This document shows positions 21,256 to 31,129 of a stretch of DNA of 64,000 nucleotides, piece by piece. Position 1 is the stretch's first letter; every line of letters starts with the position of its first letter. The translations under genes and the position numbers were made by a program. The DNA lies in the NCBI GenBank assembly GCA_963665665.1, contig OY762428.1, forward strand, positions 4,960,001-5,024,000, read 5' to 3'. A model generated the notes under the pieces. The model was not told the origin of the DNA. It saw only the letters and a program-made list of their open reading frames with translations, and made no database searches. The stretch is from Candidatus Kapaibacterium sp. GTDB taxonomy: Bacteria > Bacteroidota > Ignavibacteria > Kapaibacteriales > UBA2268.

Positions 21256-21281
21256 TTTATTATCCGGTAATTAATAGTCAT

Positions 21282-21309
21282 AAAAAAAAGCGGGGCAAAG
21301 ACCCCGTTC
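21282..21309 (-). terminator. Terminator hairpin just upstream of guaA
   Basis: Minus strand AACGGGGTCTTTGCCCCGC followed by T8. Confidence 0.75.
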
Positions 21310-21340
21310 AAAATTAATCAATTTTTCCATTTGTTTCAAA
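21309..21340 (-). promoter_or_regulatory. Candidate Bacteroidota-type promoter for guaA
   Basis: Minus strand TTTG (21340-21337), 20-nt spacer, TAATTTTG (21316-21309); fits TTTG-N19-21-TAnnTTTG. Confidence 0.5.
21324..21340. repeat. 17-bp direct repeat TTTCCATTTGTTTCAAA, left copy
   Basis: Identical copy at 24570-24586; the pair brackets the three-gene defence module. Confidence 0.85.
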
Positions 21341-21354
21341 ATTATAAACAAACT

Positions 21355-22245
21355 TTATAAGTGAGGTCCAATATAACCGATATAGCATTTTCTATTATCA
21401 AAATCAGGATGGAAATAGAGTCTAGTGCCATGAGGAAGAATGGAAATATGAGAACTAAATTCAATAGTACGACCATCCGGGCAATATTCCTCATGTCTTC
21501 TATGGGAAGTTGTTGTTTCAGGTCGTGGAGCTCCTGATATTTGTTTCAGCGATCTATCATTTAATTCAATAGCTTTTTGAAGTTGCTCAAGTTTATTTAT
21601 CAAATCAAAAAGATTTGAACCAGCATTTGTTTTTTTAATAAATCTTTTAGTTTGAGATGATTTGCAAAAAATCAAATTTGGAAAGATTTCTTCTTTTCTA
21701 TTCCAAAGATTTAATCCGTTGGTTATATTGATTTGAATATAATCGGATCCAAGATTATCAATATGTTCGGGAAGAGAAACATTTCTAACTTCAACAGAAC
21801 ATTCACTGATTTCCTCAGAATTATTATGAAAAAATGATTTTTTTAATCGAACCAAATTGTTCTTCCAAAAATTGGCAGAAGGCAAACTGATGGATGGTAA
21901 AGAGTTATCTGCTGCATGGCCAAGTCCTACAGGTTCATTTTCATATCCCTCAACTGAGTATTCAGGATATGATACTTTATATAGTTGTTTTGATGTAAAT
22001 AACTTGAACAATAGTTTGTTAGCATCTTTGTGGTATTTAAGTATTTCAGTTTTCGCTATACTTGTAAAATTTGGAAAAATATTTTCGAGAAATTCGACTT
22101 CAGGATAAACAGGTAAAATATTTTGTATTAATCCTGATGATTTTTTCATTTTTAATAAAACATCAAAATGTCCTTTCAAAAACTCTGATAATTGAGTATA
22201 AGATTTGATGTCATGTAATGATAATTCATTGAAAAAAATATCCAT
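21355..22245 (-). CDS. Hypothetical protein, third gene of Menshen-like operon (putative nuclease effector)
   Basis: Abuts the ATPase gene; MDIFFNELS N-terminus and RLYFHPD...CYIGYIGPHL C-terminus resemble a RelE-like fold. Confidence 0.6.
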   Translation of the reverse strand: MDIFFNELSLHDIKSYTQLSEFLKGHFDVLLKMKKSSGLIQNILPVYPEVEFLENIFPNFTSIAKTEILKYHKDANKLLFKLFTSKQLYKVSYPEYSVEGYENEPVGLGHAADNSLPSISLPSANFWKNNLVRLKKSFFHNNSEEISECSVEVRNVSLPEHIDNLGSDYIQINITNGLNLWNRKEEIFPNLIFCKSSQTKRFIKKTNAGSNLFDLINKLEQLQKAIELNDRSLKQISGAPRPETTTSHRRHEEYCPDGRTIEFSSHISILPHGTRLYFHPDFDNRKCYIGYIGPHL

Positions 22246-23364
22246 TTATATAAGCTCCATCAGGTTTTTGTCCCACTCATCAAGAAAACCGTCCGGCCAA
22301 TGATCAATTCTGCCGTCTTTATCAATATTCATTTCGTGAACATAAGAGAAATGCCGGGCAGATTCAATAGTTCGGTCAAAGTAATACAATTTGATTTTCT
22401 CATGAGTGATTTCATTTCTTTTTGTAGCCACTCTTATTCCGTTTATAATATGATCGCTGTGTGTTTCCAGAATGATTTGCGCCCCTGCTTCGGCAGCTAA
22501 GGCTGCCAAACGCCCGATGGCAGACTGGGCTTTAGGGTGAAGATGTGCTTCCGGATTTTCGATGATTATCAATTTATCCTTTCTTGCCAATAAAAGTGAA
22601 AGGATTATGGGTATGGAGTAAATTATTCCGAATCCAATATTTTTTGTCGAAAAGTTATCTGTATATTCTGTTTTTGTACGGAAAGCGGCTTCCATTTTAA
22701 TGTTATTGTTAAATTCTGTTACATTAATCCTGACTCCCGGAGATATTTCCTGAAGCCATTGGTTTAGATTTTCCATTAATGTATCAGATTTCGATTTCTC
22801 ATGGCGCAATCTTTTTATTGATATTTTCTTCCTGCCTAATTGATTAAGATATTGTGCTGAATATTCTCCTTTGTTTCCTATTGAATCAAATTTATCGATC
22901 AAATAATCATTTTTACCGTAACTATCTTCGGGCGATACAAGGTCTGCCTGGAGGTATTGAAAGCATTTGTTCTGAAATAGCGCTTCTTCTTGGTATGGTT
23001 TTTTATCATCATTTAGAGTTTTTGAAGATTCAATAGATATTGGCAAATAGTCTTTGAAAGAATCATAATTATATTTCAAATTCAAAAAATATTTGTTATC
23101 AAATTCCAGGTTAAAACTTATAAAGTCTTCCTTGGCATATTGATAAATAGCATTTTTAACGTTACCAAGCGATAAATTCTTAGTATTCAGCGAAATATTA
23201 GGAAAATTACCTTCATGCACAGCAGCATTACGAATAAGATTCAGTACTTGAATTATGGAGGATTTTCCCATCCCGTTTAGGCCGGTAAGAATATTCAGAT
23301 TTGAGAATTCCAGCTCAACTTCTTCAAAGGCTTTAAAATTTTTTATATGGAGATTATTTATCAT
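22246..23364 (-). CDS. AAA/ABC-type ATPase with DUF3696 C-terminus (Menshen NsnB-like)
   Basis: Walker A GLNGMGKS, NIGFGI signature, IIENPEAHLHP, ETHSDH and IDKDGRIDHWPDGFLDEW. Confidence 0.85.
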   Translation of the reverse strand: MINNLHIKNFKAFEEVELEFSNLNILTGLNGMGKSSIIQVLNLIRNAAVHEGNFPNISLNTKNLSLGNVKNAIYQYAKEDFISFNLEFDNKYFLNLKYNYDSFKDYLPISIESSKTLNDDKKPYQEEALFQNKCFQYLQADLVSPEDSYGKNDYLIDKFDSIGNKGEYSAQYLNQLGRKKISIKRLRHEKSKSDTLMENLNQWLQEISPGVRINVTEFNNNIKMEAAFRTKTEYTDNFSTKNIGFGIIYSIPIILSLLLARKDKLIIIENPEAHLHPKAQSAIGRLAALAAEAGAQIILETHSDHIINGIRVATKRNEITHEKIKLYYFDRTIESARHFSYVHEMNIDKDGRIDHWPDGFLDEWDKNLMELI

Positions 23365-24496
23365 GATTATTACTAACTATGTTATTTATCATTTTATTAA
23401 ACATTGCAAACCTGGTTAGAACACTGTTATTTGAACCTGTAGATGTAGATATTGCTTTGAAAAATTCAGGATTTTCAAGCAGAGAAATTAAATCAGATTT
23501 TACTCTTTGACTATTATCCTTGAGAATTCTGATTTCATTTTCGGTAAGTTGAGAAAAAGTAGAGGCAACAACGTCAAAAAGAGCTTTGTTAAGAGGATTC
23601 GATTTTTTTGAATTTTTATCGATTTTCCTGAAACTGTATTTATTGAAAATTTCGAAACAAAGATTTAAAGCTTTTATAAAATTATTTTCAATTTCATCCA
23701 ATTTCGAATTATCTAATTCATTAATCTTATTCATCGCTTTATTAAGGAATGCGTCAAGTTCAGGTTCATATTTTTCAAATCCGAACAAATAAAATGCTAA
23801 AAATCGATTAACCAAATCGCGATCTTTCATTCTTTTTGTTGGTATGGAATAATTTGTTGAACGCTTGAATTCCGGAAGTTCCGCCAATTTTTTTACAAAG
23901 TCGGATGGCTTCCCCTGATTTAAAGCATGTCTTATTTCCTGAGGCTCCAAAACCACTCCACCGGTGTTAATTCTTTTAAAAATGTTATATTTTACGTCCG
24001 GAGGTGTACCTTCTTGTATTAGAAATGTAATTATTTGTGTTTCCTCGATTCTCCTCTGCAAATCTCTCGGAAGTTCATCAAAGGACTTATTATTAAATTG
24101 TGTTAAATATTCTAAACCTGTCAATTCTAAATTTTTATCAACTAAGAAATTTCGGAAAACGCTCAACCTCTGGAGTCCATCAACAATTAACCAATTATCA
24201 TCGACACTTGTATCAAAATAAAAGGCCGGTAATGGAAATCTGATTAACAAAGATTCAATCAATCTACTCTGCTGAATTTTATTCCAGATATTATCTTCTC
24301 TTTGGAAATCAGTAAATAGATTGATTTCATTGTTTTTAATTCTTTTAATAATTAGATCAATTGTCAGAGTTTTTGAAATAATATTTACATTCTTAGGATC
24401 AAAAGGTTCGTTAATTTCAGAACTAAGAAAGTCTTCTTCATTTTCAAATATAATTTTCTGTTGGTTACTCATTGTTAAAGCAAAATAGACAAACAA
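23354..24496 (-). CDS. DUF262 ParB-like protein (Menshen NsnA-like)
   Basis: FQR...W...SRLIESLL, VDGLQRL and FKRINTGG motifs; ATG at 24472 is a likely alternative start. Confidence 0.88.
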   Translation of the reverse strand: MFVYFALTMSNQQKIIFENEEDFLSSEINEPFDPKNVNIISKTLTIDLIIKRIKNNEINLFTDFQREDNIWNKIQQSRLIESLLIRFPLPAFYFDTSVDDNWLIVDGLQRLSVFRNFLVDKNLELTGLEYLTQFNNKSFDELPRDLQRRIEETQIITFLIQEGTPPDVKYNIFKRINTGGVVLEPQEIRHALNQGKPSDFVKKLAELPEFKRSTNYSIPTKRMKDRDLVNRFLAFYLFGFEKYEPELDAFLNKAMNKINELDNSKLDEIENNFIKALNLCFEIFNKYSFRKIDKNSKKSNPLNKALFDVVASTFSQLTENEIRILKDNSQRVKSDLISLLENPEFFKAISTSTGSNNSVLTRFAMFNKMINNIVSNNHDK

Positions 24497-24520
24497 AATT
24501 TAATGTTTTGTAATAATTGA

Positions 24521-24553
24521 AAGAAAAAAGCAGGAATAATAATTATTCCTGCC
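24521..24553 (-). terminator. Terminator of the lipoprotein gene
   Basis: GCAGGAATAAT/ATTATTCCTGC inverted repeat with A run on the plus strand. Confidence 0.7.
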
Positions 24554-24569
24554 TCTAATATACATAGAA

Positions 24570-24586
24570 TTTCCATTTGTTTCAAA
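24570..24586. repeat. 17-bp direct repeat TTTCCATTTGTTTCAAA, right copy
   Basis: Identical to 21324-21340. Confidence 0.85.
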
Positions 24587-24593
24587 CGCGATA

Positions 24594-25622
24594 TTATTCA
24601 AATGTGAATGATGCGATTGATTTCTCGAAAATTGGAAGATATTTGTCTGCTTCTCCCTTGAACCAGTCCATTGTTATGCGGAAGAGTTTGTCGCCTTTCA
24701 CTGCGAAGTAAACTCTTCTTTTTACTGTTCCGGTTGCATTATAGCTTAGTACGTAAGCATTTTCGCCGCCGAGTTTAGTGGATTTCTTTGCAGGATTTCC
24801 GTATTTAGCCAGGTTATCATCAACAATCTTGTCAAGTTTGTTCTGTTTTGAAGCATCAAGGATGTCAACGTTAATATAGCAGTCGCCGCGGCGTTCGCCG
24901 TCGTACATAACTGATTTTATCAGGTTGCCGTCTTTACCAAGGCCTTTTCTTGACCTGAAGTTTTTCGGTATCATGATTGAATAGCCCTTGCCGGCTTTTT
25001 TTACAAGTTCTTCGTCCGGGAAAGGAAGTTCTTCAGTGTTATAAATTGTATCAGAAACCGGGGCCGGTGTTTCAGCAAGAACGAGCGTTTTTAATATTTC
25101 GTCAAAAGTTGTTTTGTAATGTTCAAAAGCGCCACCAAATGCTTCAATGCTGAAAATTGTAACTGTACCGGGATCTTTCTGTGCAAATATGATTTCTCCG
25201 TGGAAAGGGCCGTCTTCAAGTTCGAAAGCATATTCCAGTTTTTTTCCGCTTACGCCGTCAACAGTTACGTCGATAGGATCTGAATAAACCTGTTTTTCGA
25301 AACGAAGGGATTTATCCATGATCGTATCAATAGTTCTGAGCGAATCAGAATCAGCAGTAGTAACTTCAATTCTTACAGCCGGAAGTCCTTCAGGATCATA
25401 AGCACGAAACCTGTTCATACCTTCTTTGGTTGTGAAGACAGAGAAACGGCCTGTTTGCTTTGCGCCAATATGCCAGTTAGAAGGATATTGCACAGAGAAT
25501 TTTTTTACTTCGTCAACATGTGTGTCGAGTTCTTTAACTTCTGTATAGCCAGGACCGCCACCGCAGCCGATCATTATAAAGGCAATTAATGCCGGAACCA
25601 GAAAGAAAATAGATTTTTTCAT
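24594..25622 (-). CDS. Lipoprotein with two PsbP/Mog1-like domains
   Basis: Lipobox MIGC; two similar halves (FSVQYPSNW...FDEILKTL and YSIMIPKNF...FEKSIASFTF). Confidence 0.65.
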   Translation of the reverse strand: MKKSIFFLVPALIAFIMIGCGGGPGYTEVKELDTHVDEVKKFSVQYPSNWHIGAKQTGRFSVFTTKEGMNRFRAYDPEGLPAVRIEVTTADSDSLRTIDTIMDKSLRFEKQVYSDPIDVTVDGVSGKKLEYAFELEDGPFHGEIIFAQKDPGTVTIFSIEAFGGAFEHYKTTFDEILKTLVLAETPAPVSDTIYNTEELPFPDEELVKKAGKGYSIMIPKNFRSRKGLGKDGNLIKSVMYDGERRGDCYINVDILDASKQNKLDKIVDDNLAKYGNPAKKSTKLGGENAYVLSYNATGTVKRRVYFAVKGDKLFRITMDWFKGEADKYLPIFEKSIASFTFE

Positions 25623-25838
25623 TTAGAAACTCCAATGAATTTAATATAAAAGAAAATAATTTTCAAATTCCCTCGAAAGCTAAGATAAAAAAACGAACTT
25701 TAAAACACAAAAGCATTTAATACAAGAATTAAAAAAAGTAATAAAGAACCATTATCATATAATTTATAACTTCTTTGTTTGTTATATATTACAACACGAG
25801 AAACGATTCTTTGATTTTCGTGATAATTTCAAATAATA

Positions 25839-26855
25839 TCAATACTTTCTTTTATTCAGTTTGTTTAATAGTTCTTTCAGCATTTCTGTATATTTATTGT
25901 CATTGATTGCTTTAAGGCTTTTCGATGCAATACCAAGCAGCTTTTCCGCTTCCGAGTAAGCTTCCTCAATAACATTCAGTCTTTCGAACATTTCGTTCAT
26001 AGCCGGAACATATTCTTCCGAAAGTCCGTTTTCATCATAGAATTTTTGCATTAATTCCTTATCATTTTTATTGCCATGCCCTGCATCAAGTTTTTCTTTT
26101 GCTTTCAGTATAAGGTATGTTTTTTTACCTTCCAGAATATCCTGCCCGATCTTTTTGCCAAGTTTTTCCTGTTCGGCAGTAAGATCCAGAAGGTCGTCCT
26201 GAATCTGGAATGCCAGCCCGATATTCTTAGCGTAGGTTCTCAGGGCTTCGACTTCATCAATATTACCATGGCCTGCATGGCCACCCATAACAGCAGCTGT
26301 TTCGAGCAAAAGAGATGTTTTCTTTTCGATCATCATAAAATAATCCTCAAGCCTGACATCTTTATCCTCATTGAATTTCATGTCGTAGGCCTGGCCTTCG
26401 CATACTTCAATAAGGCCTTTGGTATATTCACGGTTGATATCGTCGGCGCGCTCGTGGTTTCTTCTTTCCGGCAAAAGTGAATAACCGTGGCCAACCATCA
26501 CATCTCCGGCTATTATCGCCGTTGCAGGATCCCATTTTATATGAACTGTATCCCGGCCCCTGCGAATGGGAGACTGATCCATAATGTCGTCATGAACCAA
26601 TGTAAAATTATGCATAATTTCAATTGCCGCTGCAATATCAACGGCCGAGTAGGGGTCTCCGCCAACTGCTCCTGCTGATATCATTGTCAGTACAGGCCTT
26701 ATTCTTTTACCACCGGCAGACATAATATAGCGGAAGGGATCATACATACAATCCGGTTTTTTGTCGGCCAGGTATTCTTGTATTTTATTTTCAACTGCTT
26801 CTAAAAATTCACTATAAATTTTATTAAAATCTTCCATCTCGAAAAAGACTTTCAA
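25839..26855 (-). CDS. Polyprenyl diphosphate synthase (GGPP/FPP synthase family)
   Basis: GGKRIRP, LVHDDIMD...RRG, GQAYD, KT and FQIQDDLLD motifs. Confidence 0.95.
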   Translation of the reverse strand: MKVFFEMEDFNKIYSEFLEAVENKIQEYLADKKPDCMYDPFRYIMSAGGKRIRPVLTMISAGAVGGDPYSAVDIAAAIEIMHNFTLVHDDIMDQSPIRRGRDTVHIKWDPATAIIAGDVMVGHGYSLLPERRNHERADDINREYTKGLIEVCEGQAYDMKFNEDKDVRLEDYFMMIEKKTSLLLETAAVMGGHAGHGNIDEVEALRTYAKNIGLAFQIQDDLLDLTAEQEKLGKKIGQDILEGKKTYLILKAKEKLDAGHGNKNDKELMQKFYDENGLSEEYVPAMNEMFERLNVIEEAYSEAEKLLGIASKSLKAINDNKYTEMLKELLNKLNKRKY

Positions 26856-26869
26856 AATTTGAAAAAAAC

Positions 26870-27970
26870 TTAACTTCTAATATAATGTTTTCCCGGCAAT
26901 TGTTTCACAGTTCCTTTGAATTCCATATTCAAAAGTGAAACTAAAAGGGCTGAAACATCTGTTTCGGTTTTTTCTGCCAGCACGTCAATATGGCAAGGTT
27001 CGAATGATAATGCTTCGAATATTTTCTTTTCAGCAGGATTCGAAAATTCCGGGATATTATTCAGATTTATTTGTTCTTCAGGAAGAAAACCAAGTTCCTG
27101 CAAAATATCCCCGGGGCTCAAAGCCGGGATTGCCAGGCTGTTCTTAATCAGGTTATTTGTGCCAATACTTTTTGAAGAAGTTATATTTCCGGGAACGGCA
27201 AAAACTTCTCTTTGCTGATCATTCGCGAAACGGGCAGTTATCAGAGCGCCTCCTTTTTCAGCACTTTCAATAACAACAGTAGCCCTGGAAATACCGCTGA
27301 TTATCCTGTTTCTTTGAGGAAAGTATGCAGGGCGGGCCTTAACGCCGCATTTGTACTCGCTGATAATTGCTCCGCCCGAATCTACAATTTTCTCGGCATT
27401 TTTCAATGCATAAGCCGGGCCAATCTCGTTCAGCCCGCTGGCAATAACGGCATAAGTGATACCTTCGGACCGAAGAGAAGCGAGATGGGCGGCTGTATCT
27501 ATTCCATAGGCAAGGCCGCTTGTTGTTATAATTTTGTTTCTGCTGAAATATTCCGCGAAACGCTCGGCAGTAAGTTTGCCGTAAGATGTACATTTGCGGG
27601 TGCCGACAACTGATATAGATGCCGAATCATGAGCTTGTAAATTTCCCCAAACGAAAATGATAACAGGGGGGTGGATTATTTCTTTCAGAAGGTCCGGGTA
27701 TGCTTCATCCCATATACTGACCATCTTGTAATCATTTGCCGCACAAATTTCTATTTGTTTTTCTGATTGTTCTCTCAGGAATTCCCGGTCGCTTTCAAAC
27801 AGGTTCTCCTGTTTAAGTTTGCTTTCAAATTCTTTTCCGGTTTGGGTTTTAAAGAAAGAATCCAAAGAAGAGTAAGTATCAACAATTTTTTTTAGTTTTC
27901 CGGCATTCAGGGCCGGCATTCCCGCAAGAACGAGAATGTCGCCCGTGCTCCAGTTTTGGGGTAGTTTCAT
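26870..27970 (-). CDS. dprA: DNA-processing protein DprA
   Basis: VVGTRKCTSYG, SGLAYGIDTAAH, FPQRNRIISG, GALITA, VFAVPG and C-terminal winged helix. Confidence 0.97.
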   Translation of the reverse strand: MKLPQNWSTGDILVLAGMPALNAGKLKKIVDTYSSLDSFFKTQTGKEFESKLKQENLFESDREFLREQSEKQIEICAANDYKMVSIWDEAYPDLLKEIIHPPVIIFVWGNLQAHDSASISVVGTRKCTSYGKLTAERFAEYFSRNKIITTSGLAYGIDTAAHLASLRSEGITYAVIASGLNEIGPAYALKNAEKIVDSGGAIISEYKCGVKARPAYFPQRNRIISGISRATVVIESAEKGGALITARFANDQQREVFAVPGNITSSKSIGTNNLIKNSLAIPALSPGDILQELGFLPEEQINLNNIPEFSNPAEKKIFEALSFEPCHIDVLAEKTETDVSALLVSLLNMEFKGTVKQLPGKHYIRS

Positions 27971-27986
27971 TTCAAACCAATTTAAT

Positions 27987-28376
27987 TTATTTCACAAACC
28001 TGATTGTCATCGGATAGCGGTATCTTACACCTTCATTTGCTTTTACTGCTGCAATTATTGTGAAAACAATATCCAAAATCCCAAGAATAATCAAAAATGC
28101 AATACCGATTAAAAGTAGCACCAATATTCCTGATACAATAAGGTAAATGGTCATACTTATCTGGAAGTTCAGCGCTTCTTTGCCGTGATGAATTGTCTCA
28201 GGGAATTCATCTTTTTTGATTTGCCAAATTAATAAGGGTCCGAAAATATTGCCAAGAGGAACAACAAGGCCTAATAACGTTGACAGGTGGCAGAACATAG
28301 ACCACATCCTGCTGTCTTTTTGCTTCATCTGATTAATAGCCTGTACATTTGGGTTTTCAGTATCCATAATTTTCAC
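27987..28376 (-). CDS. DUF4870-family membrane protein
   Basis: WSMFCHLS...GPLLIWQIKK...HGKEALNFQIS...AAVKANEG..YRYP. Confidence 0.85.
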   Translation of the reverse strand: MKIMDTENPNVQAINQMKQKDSRMWSMFCHLSTLLGLVVPLGNIFGPLLIWQIKKDEFPETIHHGKEALNFQISMTIYLIVSGILVLLLIGIAFLIILGILDIVFTIIAAVKANEGVRYRYPMTIRFVK

Positions 28377-29468
28377 TCACTTTTTGTTGATAATAGTTTC
28401 ATATTTAACGGGATATTTTTTCCTTAATTTGTCAAATTCCGTGGCCGGATTATCTTGTTGTAATGATTCTGTAAGCCTCTGGCTGTCGTCTTCAATTCCA
28501 CGGCTTTCTTTCAGCAATATATATAATTTATCTAAATTATCATAATCAGGTTTTTCATCTGATATATTACTGTCCAATTCATCCGTGAAAACACTAAGAT
28601 CGCTTTCAATCGAGAAATGATCAAATATTATTTCAGCCATCATCATAGCCCCGTTGAGCTTTCCGTTCCTTGAATAGCCGGCTACGTGCGGAGTGCTCAA
28701 AAGGCTTAACCCGGCAAGTTCTTTGTCAATGTGCGGTTCATTATCCCATACATCTATAACGGCGGTAATTTCCTTTAGTTTCAGCCTTGCTTTCAAAGCT
28801 TTCTCGTTCAATACTCCGCCCCGGGAGGCATGTATTAGCAATGTGTTGTTTCTAATGTTATTAACCCGTTCTTCATTTATCAGGCCTAAAGTTTTATATT
28901 TACCGGTTTTATTCATTGGTACGTGGTTGGTAATTATATCAGAGTTGGTTATTAATTCATCGATCTCCATGTAGCTGCAATTCTCCGGGAATTTATGCCC
29001 TGAATCTTTTAATGGAGGATCGTTAACAATAATTTTCAGCCCGAGTTTCCCGGCGTAATACACTACCCGTTTGCCAATATTTCCGACACCGATAATCCCG
29101 ATAGTCTTATTTCTTATATCAATATTATTTTCTACAGCCCATTTTGCGATTGAAAAAACAAGATATTCGGCAACCGAATTTGCATTTGCCCCGGGTGCTG
29201 AATGAAATTCAATATTATTTTTATTCAAATAATCAATATCTATGTGGTCAGTTCCTGCTGTTGCTGTACCAACAACTTTTATTTTTGTGCCATGTAGCAG
29301 ATCGCTGTTCACCTTTGTTGTTGAGCGTACAATTAATGCTTCTGCATTATTCCTGATCAGGTCATCATTTTTCAGCAGCCGGCCGGAAAATGCCATTATA
29401 TTGAAATATTTGCATAAGCATCTTTCCAGCAAAGGGATGTTTTCGTCAACAAAAACTGTATTTTTCAT
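28377..29468 (-). CDS. pdxB: Erythronate-4-phosphate dehydrogenase
   Basis: VDENIP, LIVRSTTKVN, GTATAGTDHID, APGANANSVAEY, DVWDNEP and TPHVAGYS. Confidence 0.92.
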   Translation of the reverse strand: MKNTVFVDENIPLLERCLCKYFNIMAFSGRLLKNDDLIRNNAEALIVRSTTKVNSDLLHGTKIKVVGTATAGTDHIDIDYLNKNNIEFHSAPGANANSVAEYLVFSIAKWAVENNIDIRNKTIGIIGVGNIGKRVVYYAGKLGLKIIVNDPPLKDSGHKFPENCSYMEIDELITNSDIITNHVPMNKTGKYKTLGLINEERVNNIRNNTLLIHASRGGVLNEKALKARLKLKEITAVIDVWDNEPHIDKELAGLSLLSTPHVAGYSRNGKLNGAMMMAEIIFDHFSIESDLSVFTDELDSNISDEKPDYDNLDKLYILLKESRGIEDDSQRLTESLQQDNPATEFDKLRKKYPVKYETIINKK

Positions 29469-29612
29469 TATTTAATTCAATTATTATACATTTTTACAAA
29501 AATAAGTTTTTTACTTTAATTTCTAATTAGTTATTTTCGTTTGTCTGTGGGAAACTGATTATCAGCTTAGGAATGAGACGAATATATTTTTTTGCAATGA
29601 ATTGAGATTGAA

Positions 29613-30470
29613 ATGACGCATTTATCAACTAAAAGAAAAGACGTGCCAAGCTATGCTTCGGATATTGATCCAAGGCAGGTTACCACGTTAAGGCTTAAGG
29701 ATATGAAACAGGCAGGACAGAAAATTGTTTGCCTTACTGCCTATGATGCCCTTGTTTCCAGGGTGTTGGACGAGTGTGGTGTTGACCTTCTACTGGTTGG
29801 CGATTCACTCGGGAATATTGTTCAGGGGCATGAAACTACTATCCCCGTATCTCTTGAAGAAATTATTTACCATACCAAAACTGTTGTTAACGGGGCCACA
29901 AGGCCAATAGTTGTTGCCGATATGCCTTTCATGAGCTACCAGGTTTCACCGGAGGAAGCCTTCAGGAATGCAGGCCGGATTATGAAAGAGGGCGGAGCTG
30001 CTGCCGTGAAAATCGAAGGCGGACACAAATATGTGCAGGACGCTATTGCCAGGATGACTGAAGTGGGAATTCCGGTAATGGCACATATCGGGCTGACCCC
30101 GCAGAGTATTCATTCCTTTGGAACATACAGGGCCAGGGGTAAATCCGATGAAGAAGCCGCACAGATATTCCGCGAGGCGCACGTGCTTGAAGAAGCCGGC
30201 GCTTTTGCAATAGTTCTGGAAAAAATTCCCGCCGAACTTGGAAAAAGAATCACTGAATCGCTAAGCATTCCGACAATTGGTATCGGTGCCGGACCTCACT
30301 GCGACGGACAGATACTTGTTTATACGGACATGCTGGGCCTGACAGTTGATTTCAGTCCGAGATTCGTCAGGCGTTTTGCCAACCTGAGGCAGGAAATGAA
30401 AGATGCAGTAAAGCGTTATAGCGATGAGGTACGTTCATCCGGTTTTCCAAGTAACGAGGAGTCCTACTAA
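29613..30470 (+). CDS. panB: 3-methyl-2-oxobutanoate hydroxymethyltransferase
   Basis: LTAYD, LVGDSLG, VADMPF, VKIEGG, HIGLTPQS and IGIGAG. Confidence 0.98.
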   Translation: MTHLSTKRKDVPSYASDIDPRQVTTLRLKDMKQAGQKIVCLTAYDALVSRVLDECGVDLLLVGDSLGNIVQGHETTIPVSLEEIIYHTKTVVNGATRPIVVADMPFMSYQVSPEEAFRNAGRIMKEGGAAAVKIEGGHKYVQDAIARMTEVGIPVMAHIGLTPQSIHSFGTYRARGKSDEEAAQIFREAHVLEEAGAFAIVLEKIPAELGKRITESLSIPTIGIGAGPHCDGQILVYTDMLGLTVDFSPRFVRRFANLRQEMKDAVKRYSDEVRSSGFPSNEESY

Positions 30471-30862
30471 TGAAATACAGCCTGATCTTTATTTTTGGAT
30501 TATTATTATTGCTTTCCTGCAGTGATGATACCATCAGCAGCGCCGACGATATAGTTTTTCCCGAAGAAAATGTCAGCTGGCAGAATCATGTACAGCCATT
30601 CCTTAAATTTACATGTGCCTACCAGGGCTGCCATAGCAGCAATACACAGGCGGCGGGAATTGTTCTTGACGATTATTTCCAGATGAACAATTCCATGTCC
30701 GGTGCCCTGGTAATTCCCGGCAAACCCGACCAAAGCTACTTGATACAAATGCTGGACGGAAAATTCGAGCACCGTTATGGTTATATCTGGCGCCCCAAGG
30801 TAAACGATAATCACAAACAGGGAATGCGTACATGGGTGGAGGAAGGCGCACAGTTTAATTGA
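30470..30862 (+). CDS. Lipoprotein with planctomycete-type cytochrome c-like domain
   Basis: Lipobox LLSC; VSWQNHVQPFL..TCAYQGCH; VIPGKPDQSYL; WVEEGA. Start overlaps the panB stop (TAATG). Confidence 0.7.
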   Translation: MKYSLIFIFGLLLLLSCSDDTISSADDIVFPEENVSWQNHVQPFLKFTCAYQGCHSSNTQAAGIVLDDYFQMNNSMSGALVIPGKPDQSYLIQMLDGKFEHRYGYIWRPKVNDNHKQGMRTWVEEGAQFN

Positions 30863-31129
30863 TATCAATAAGTTATTGAATCAGAAATATTATTATATAT
30901 CTGTCATTCTGCGTACTTAATATCTCGTTTATCGGATCTAATAAATCACAATGTCACTTTAAATTTTCATCCGATGGCATCAAGTCATTGGATGATTTGC
31001 TTATTGCACAGCTGTTTGGAATTATAAACCAAATATTTGGGCTAAATTAATTGATGCTGAGTCCATTAATTGCACTGCCCTGATATATTACAGCCCTGTT
31101 TGTTCAAATAGAAGCGAAATATTGCCTTA

